Positions 59,579 to 64,000 of a DNA stretch of 64,000 bases are shown here, piece by piece (positions within the stretch are counted from its first letter, which is position 1; every line of letters starts with the position of its first letter). Position numbers and translations under genes: made by a program. The stretch lies in assembly GCF_009914755.1 (NCBI RefSeq), contig NC_060937.1. One strand, written 5' to 3'. The notes below the pieces were generated by a model. The model saw only the letters and a program-made list of their open reading frames with translations. It had not been told where the DNA came from and ran no database searches. This DNA comes from the human T2T-CHM13v2.0 reference genome, Homo sapiens.

Positions 59579-62500
59579 TTTTTTTTTTTTTTTTTAAGCG
59601 CAACGCAACATGTCTGCCTTATTTGAGTGGCTTCCTATATCATTATAATTGTGTTATAGATGAAGAAACGGTATTAAACACTGTGCTAATGATAGTGAAA
59701 GTGAAGACAAAAGAAAGGCTATCTATTTTGTGGTTAGAATAAAGTTGCTCAGTATTTAGAGCTACCTAAATACGTCAGCATTTACACTCTTCCTAGTAAA
59801 AGCTGGCCGATCTGAATAATCCTCCTTTAAACAAACACAATTTTTGATAGGGTTAAGATTTTTTTAAGAATGCGACTCCTGCAAAATAGCTGAACAGACG
59901 ATACACATTTAAAAAAATAACAACACAAGGATCAACCAGACTTGGGAAAAAATCGAAAACCACACAAGTCTTATGAAGAACTGAGTTCTTAAAATAGGAC
60001 GGAGAACGTAGCTATCGGAAGAGAAGGCAGTATTGGCAAGTTGATTGTTACGTTGGTCAGCAGTAGCTGGCACTATCTTTTTGGCCATCTTTCGGGCAAT
60101 GTAACTACTACAGCAAAATGAGATATGATCCATTAAACAACATATTCGCAAATCAAAAAGTGTTTCAGTAATATAATGCTTCAGATTTAGAAGCAAATCA
60201 AATGATAGAACTCCACTGCTGTAATAAGTCACCCCAAAGATCACCGTATCTGACAAAATAACTACCACAGGGTTATGACTTCAGAATCATACTTTCTCTT
60301 GATATTTACTTATGTATGTATTTATTTTTTTTAATTTATTTCTCTTGAGACGGCGTCTCGCTCTGTCGCCCAGGCTGGAGTGCGATGGTGTGATCTCGGC
60401 TCACTGCAACCGCCACCTCCCTGGGTTCAAGCGATTCTCCTGCCTCAGCCTCCCGAGTAGCTGGGACTACAGGTGCCCGCCACCACGCCCAGCTAATCTT
60501 TATACTTTTAATAGAGACGGGGTTTCACCGTGTCGGCCCGGATGGTCTCGATCTCTTGACCTCGTGACCCGCCCGCCTCGGCCTCCCAAAGTGCTGGGAT
60601 GACAGGCGTGAGCCACTGAGCCCGGCCTTCTCTTGACGTTTAAACTATGAAGTCAGTCCAGAGAAACGCAATAAATGTCAACGGTGAGGATGGTGTTGAG
60701 GCAGAAGTAGGACCACACTTTTTCCTATCTTATTCAGTTGATAACAATATGACCTAGGTAGTAATTTCCTATGTGCCTACTTATACACGAGTACAAAAGA
60801 GTAAAACAGAGAGACTGCTAAATTAAAGGGTACGTGAAGTTCTTCATAGTAACTCCGTAAACTGGAACACTGTCAAAAAGCAGCAGCTAGTGAATTGTTT
60901 CCATGTATTTTTCTATTATCCAATAAGTGAACTATGCTATTCCTTTCCAGTCTCCCAAGCACTTCTTGTCCCCATCACCACTTCGGTGCTCGAAGAAAAA
61001 GTAACAAATCAAGGAACACAACTAAAGAAACACACACACAAACCAAAGACAACTACAGCGTCTGCAAAAGTTTGCTAGAAGACTGAAACTGTTGAGTATA
61101 AGGATCTGGTATTCTACGATCATGAGTTCACTTCAGAGTTTGTTCAAGACATACGTTTCGTAAGGAAACATCTTAGTTAGAAGTTATTCAGCAGTAGGTA
61201 CCATCCCTAAGTATTTTTCACCAAATTCGTGACAATAAAGAGCTATCTAACCAGAAAAATTAGCGAGTACCGGCACCATCCATAGGGCTTTGTCTTTACG
61301 CTTCATTAGCACTTACCATGCCTTACAATGTCTAGGATTGACCCTGATAGCATTTCGAAAACAAGCTAATGCTTTGTCCAGTTCTTCAGTGAAGACAAGC
61401 TCACGCCCTAATGCGCTATAGGCATAAGCATCATTTGGATCCACTTCGAGAGTTCTCTGGAAGAATTGAATCGCAATATCGTGTTCCCGTTGCAGACCGA
61501 AACAGTTCCCTGCAGCACACCAGGCCTCTGGCTGGCGAATTTTTATCCATGTCTGTGAAGTCTTTGGACAGAACTGAAAGAGCAACCTCTTTCGGAGGAT
61601 GCCAAAGTGTTGTAGAGTAGATCTCCATGCCTTCGACTCTGTAATTCTCAATCCTCCTAACCTCTGAGAATTGTCTTTCAGCTTGCGTGGACTCTGAAAG
61701 TTTACAATAGGCCCTTCCGATTTGGCACAGTACCCAACCGGTATTGCAGTGGTGAGAAGCTAGATGGCTCAAGATGCTGATAGCTTCTTTGCCGTGGTAA
61801 GAACACAAAGCTAAATAACCTTTCCCCCTTTCACGAAGAAGGCTCATCAAGCCTTCCGCTGCTGCTTTTTGTAGATTAAAAGCCTGAATCTGAGGCGCGA
61901 TTGCGGCTATTTTCCCTTCTGAAATGACGGAAGAGTCCAATTTTGTCACTTCCAGGCTATCACTTATGTTCGGTGGAGTTATTGCTCCTTTATTAGTTTT
62001 ACTTTTGGTTCTTCTGTTTGGGATTTTAGGTGGAAACTTCATTTTTAATTTTCTCCTATTCTCCTCGGTTGTGGAGCTGTCACTAGTCAAGAGTCGTGAA
62101 TTTCTTCGAGGCGGTGCATTTGGGGGAGATGCCATAGTGGGGCTCAATACCTGAGGTGTTGCCCTTGTCGGCGGACCAGAACTTTGTGTTTTTGCAAGGA
62201 CTGGAGTTACCTTTCGGCTCTTTCCCCTCTGCGAGAAGACAGACGGTGTTCCGGTTTGGCCGATTCTGGCAACAGGCTTTTCTGAAGGGGCTCCGGTGGA
62301 TGGCACGTCAATGACAGACGGTGTCTCATACCAGTGCAGTTTTGTCAATAGGGTCCGTCTCCGGGACTTGGGGTTTCTAATGGCAAAATGCCAACACTTG
62401 GGGTTAATGGACTAACAGCTGCTGGTCCTCCTAATAAACTTCGACCAGTTTTTGGTTTATGTTGAACCTGTTTAGATCATATGGAAGTTCCTGTTCCCAG

Positions 62501-63374
62501 TGGGACAGTATCAGGTGAAAGGACAGCTGAATCGATAGAAGACACTGGGGAGTCTGTATTCAAGGAGTACTTTGAATTGGAAGATTCTAAATTCCATCCG
62601 TTTCATTCGACGGTGTCCTGGGGTGTTTCCGTAAGAACGGTCTCGGGCTGTCTGTGACATAAACTAGGACGAGGTCCAAGTGTTGTGGCGCAACACTTGG
62701 ACAGGCAGTTGCTAAAGCTCTCTAGAGAGGTGAATCAAAATGTTTGGTCAGGATCTGGCTTTTCCCCCCTATTTCACATCATGATTCAAAGGGACACCAG
62801 AGGAAAGGATTTCAACGAAGGCTCTTTTGGTCACATTCTGATCCTTTGGTAAGCCGATCTGTCTTGCAATATACATGTCCCGACGATGGAAGGGGAAAGC
62901 GAGCTGAATCACCAAACTCAGGAACGATAATATCATCGTGGCTTTTCTGCTTATGAAACACTCCACCCGATAAGATTTGATCCCCTTCTGCAAGCTTGCT
63001 GAGATCAACACAACATTTCGCAAGCAGGCATTTGCATTGCGGGGTAGTACAACTGTGTCCTTTCAAGAGTCTATATGTTTTATAGGCCTTTCCTGAGCGG
63101 TAAGAACAGGTCGCCAGTAAGAACAAGGCTTCTTCTGAGTGTACTTCTGCATAAAGGCGTTCTGCGGGGGAAACCGCATCTCGGTAGGCATAGTGGTTTA
63201 GTGCTTGCCATATAGCAGCCTGGACGGGTCCCTGCAGCACCGCCATCCTCGAGGCTCAGGCCCACTTTCTGCAGTGCCACAGGCACCCCCCCCCCCCATA
63301 GCGGCTCCGGCCCGGCCAGCCCCGGCTCATTTAAAGGCACCAGCCGCCGTTACCGGGGGATGGGGGAGTCCGAG
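59579..63374 (-). pseudogene. CDC27P: CDC27 retropseudogene, unit B (spliced part 61317-63374; ATG at 63246; Alu at ~60309-60627)
   Basis: ORF 62812-63246 begins MAVLQGPVQAAIWQALNHYAYRDAV, matching CDC27 MTVLQEPVQAAIWQALNHYAYRDAV; T17 at 59579; TSD at 59566 and 63375. Confidence 0.93.
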
Positions 63375-64000
63375 ACAGAATGACTTCTTTATCCTGCTGA
63401 CTCTGGAAAGCCCGGCGCCTTGTGATCCATTGCAAACCGAGAGTCACCTCGTGTTTAGAACACGGATCCACTCCCAAGTTCAGTGGGGGGATGTGAGGGG
63501 TGTGGCAGGTAGGACGAAGGACTCTCTTCCTTCTGATTCGGTCTGCACAGTGGGGCCTAGGGCTGGAGCTCTCTCCGTGCGGACCGCTGACTCCCTCTAC
63601 CTTGGGTTCCCTCGGCCCCACCCTGGAACGCCGGGCCTTGGCAGATTCTGGCCCTTCCTGGCCCTTCAGTCGCTGTCAGAAACCCCATCTCATGCTCGGA
63701 TGCCCCGAGTGACTGTGGCTCGCACCTCTCCGGAAACATTGGAAATCTCTCCTCTACGCGCGGCCACCTGAAACCACAGGAGCTCGGGACACACGTGCTT
63801 TCGGGAGAGAATGCTGAGAGTCTCTTGCCGACTCTCTCTTGACTTGAGTTCTTCGTGGGTGCGTGGTTAAGACGTAGTGAGACCAGATGTATTAACTCAG
63901 GCCGGGTGCTGGTGGCTCACGCCTGTAACCCCAACACTTTGGGAGGCCGAGGCCGTAGGATCCCTCGAGGAATCGCCTAACCCTGGGGAGGTTGAGGTTG

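Overview
This window is human ribosomal DNA from a nucleolar-organiser tandem array and holds about 1.43 repeat units with a period of about 44,749 bp (1-19274 recurs at 44750-64000). It contains one complete 47S/45S unit on the + strand: Pol I start at 25671, 5'ETS, 18S 29311-31179, ITS1, 5.8S 32262-32418, ITS2, 28S 33587-38647, 3'ETS, then 11 Sal-box-type terminators (2 proximal plus 3 in each of three R-repeats). The intergenic spacer (IGS) has two ~4.5-kb long repeats (LR1/LR2), CT-rich satellite blocks, an old L1 3' end, many Alus, a CDC27 retropseudogene, the ~90-bp repeat block, the RGC p53 site and the spacer-promoter/CTCF region. No bona fide protein-coding gene is supported. Main observations: (1) a recurrent T[T>G]A (TAA>TCA) substitution across Alus, the L1 fragment and the CDC27 pseudogene; (2) a cryptic duplicated CTCF-like plus X-box-like module about 14.9 kb and 4.8 kb upstream of the TSS; (3) the CDC27 retrocopy is a ~3.8-kb TSD-flanked copy of an intron-terminated transcript, and its 144-aa N-terminal ORF is intact in one unit and frameshifted in the other; (4) LR1 and LR2 share SNVs within a unit but not between the adjacent units. 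Comparisons to reference sequences are from memory and need alignment to confirm.
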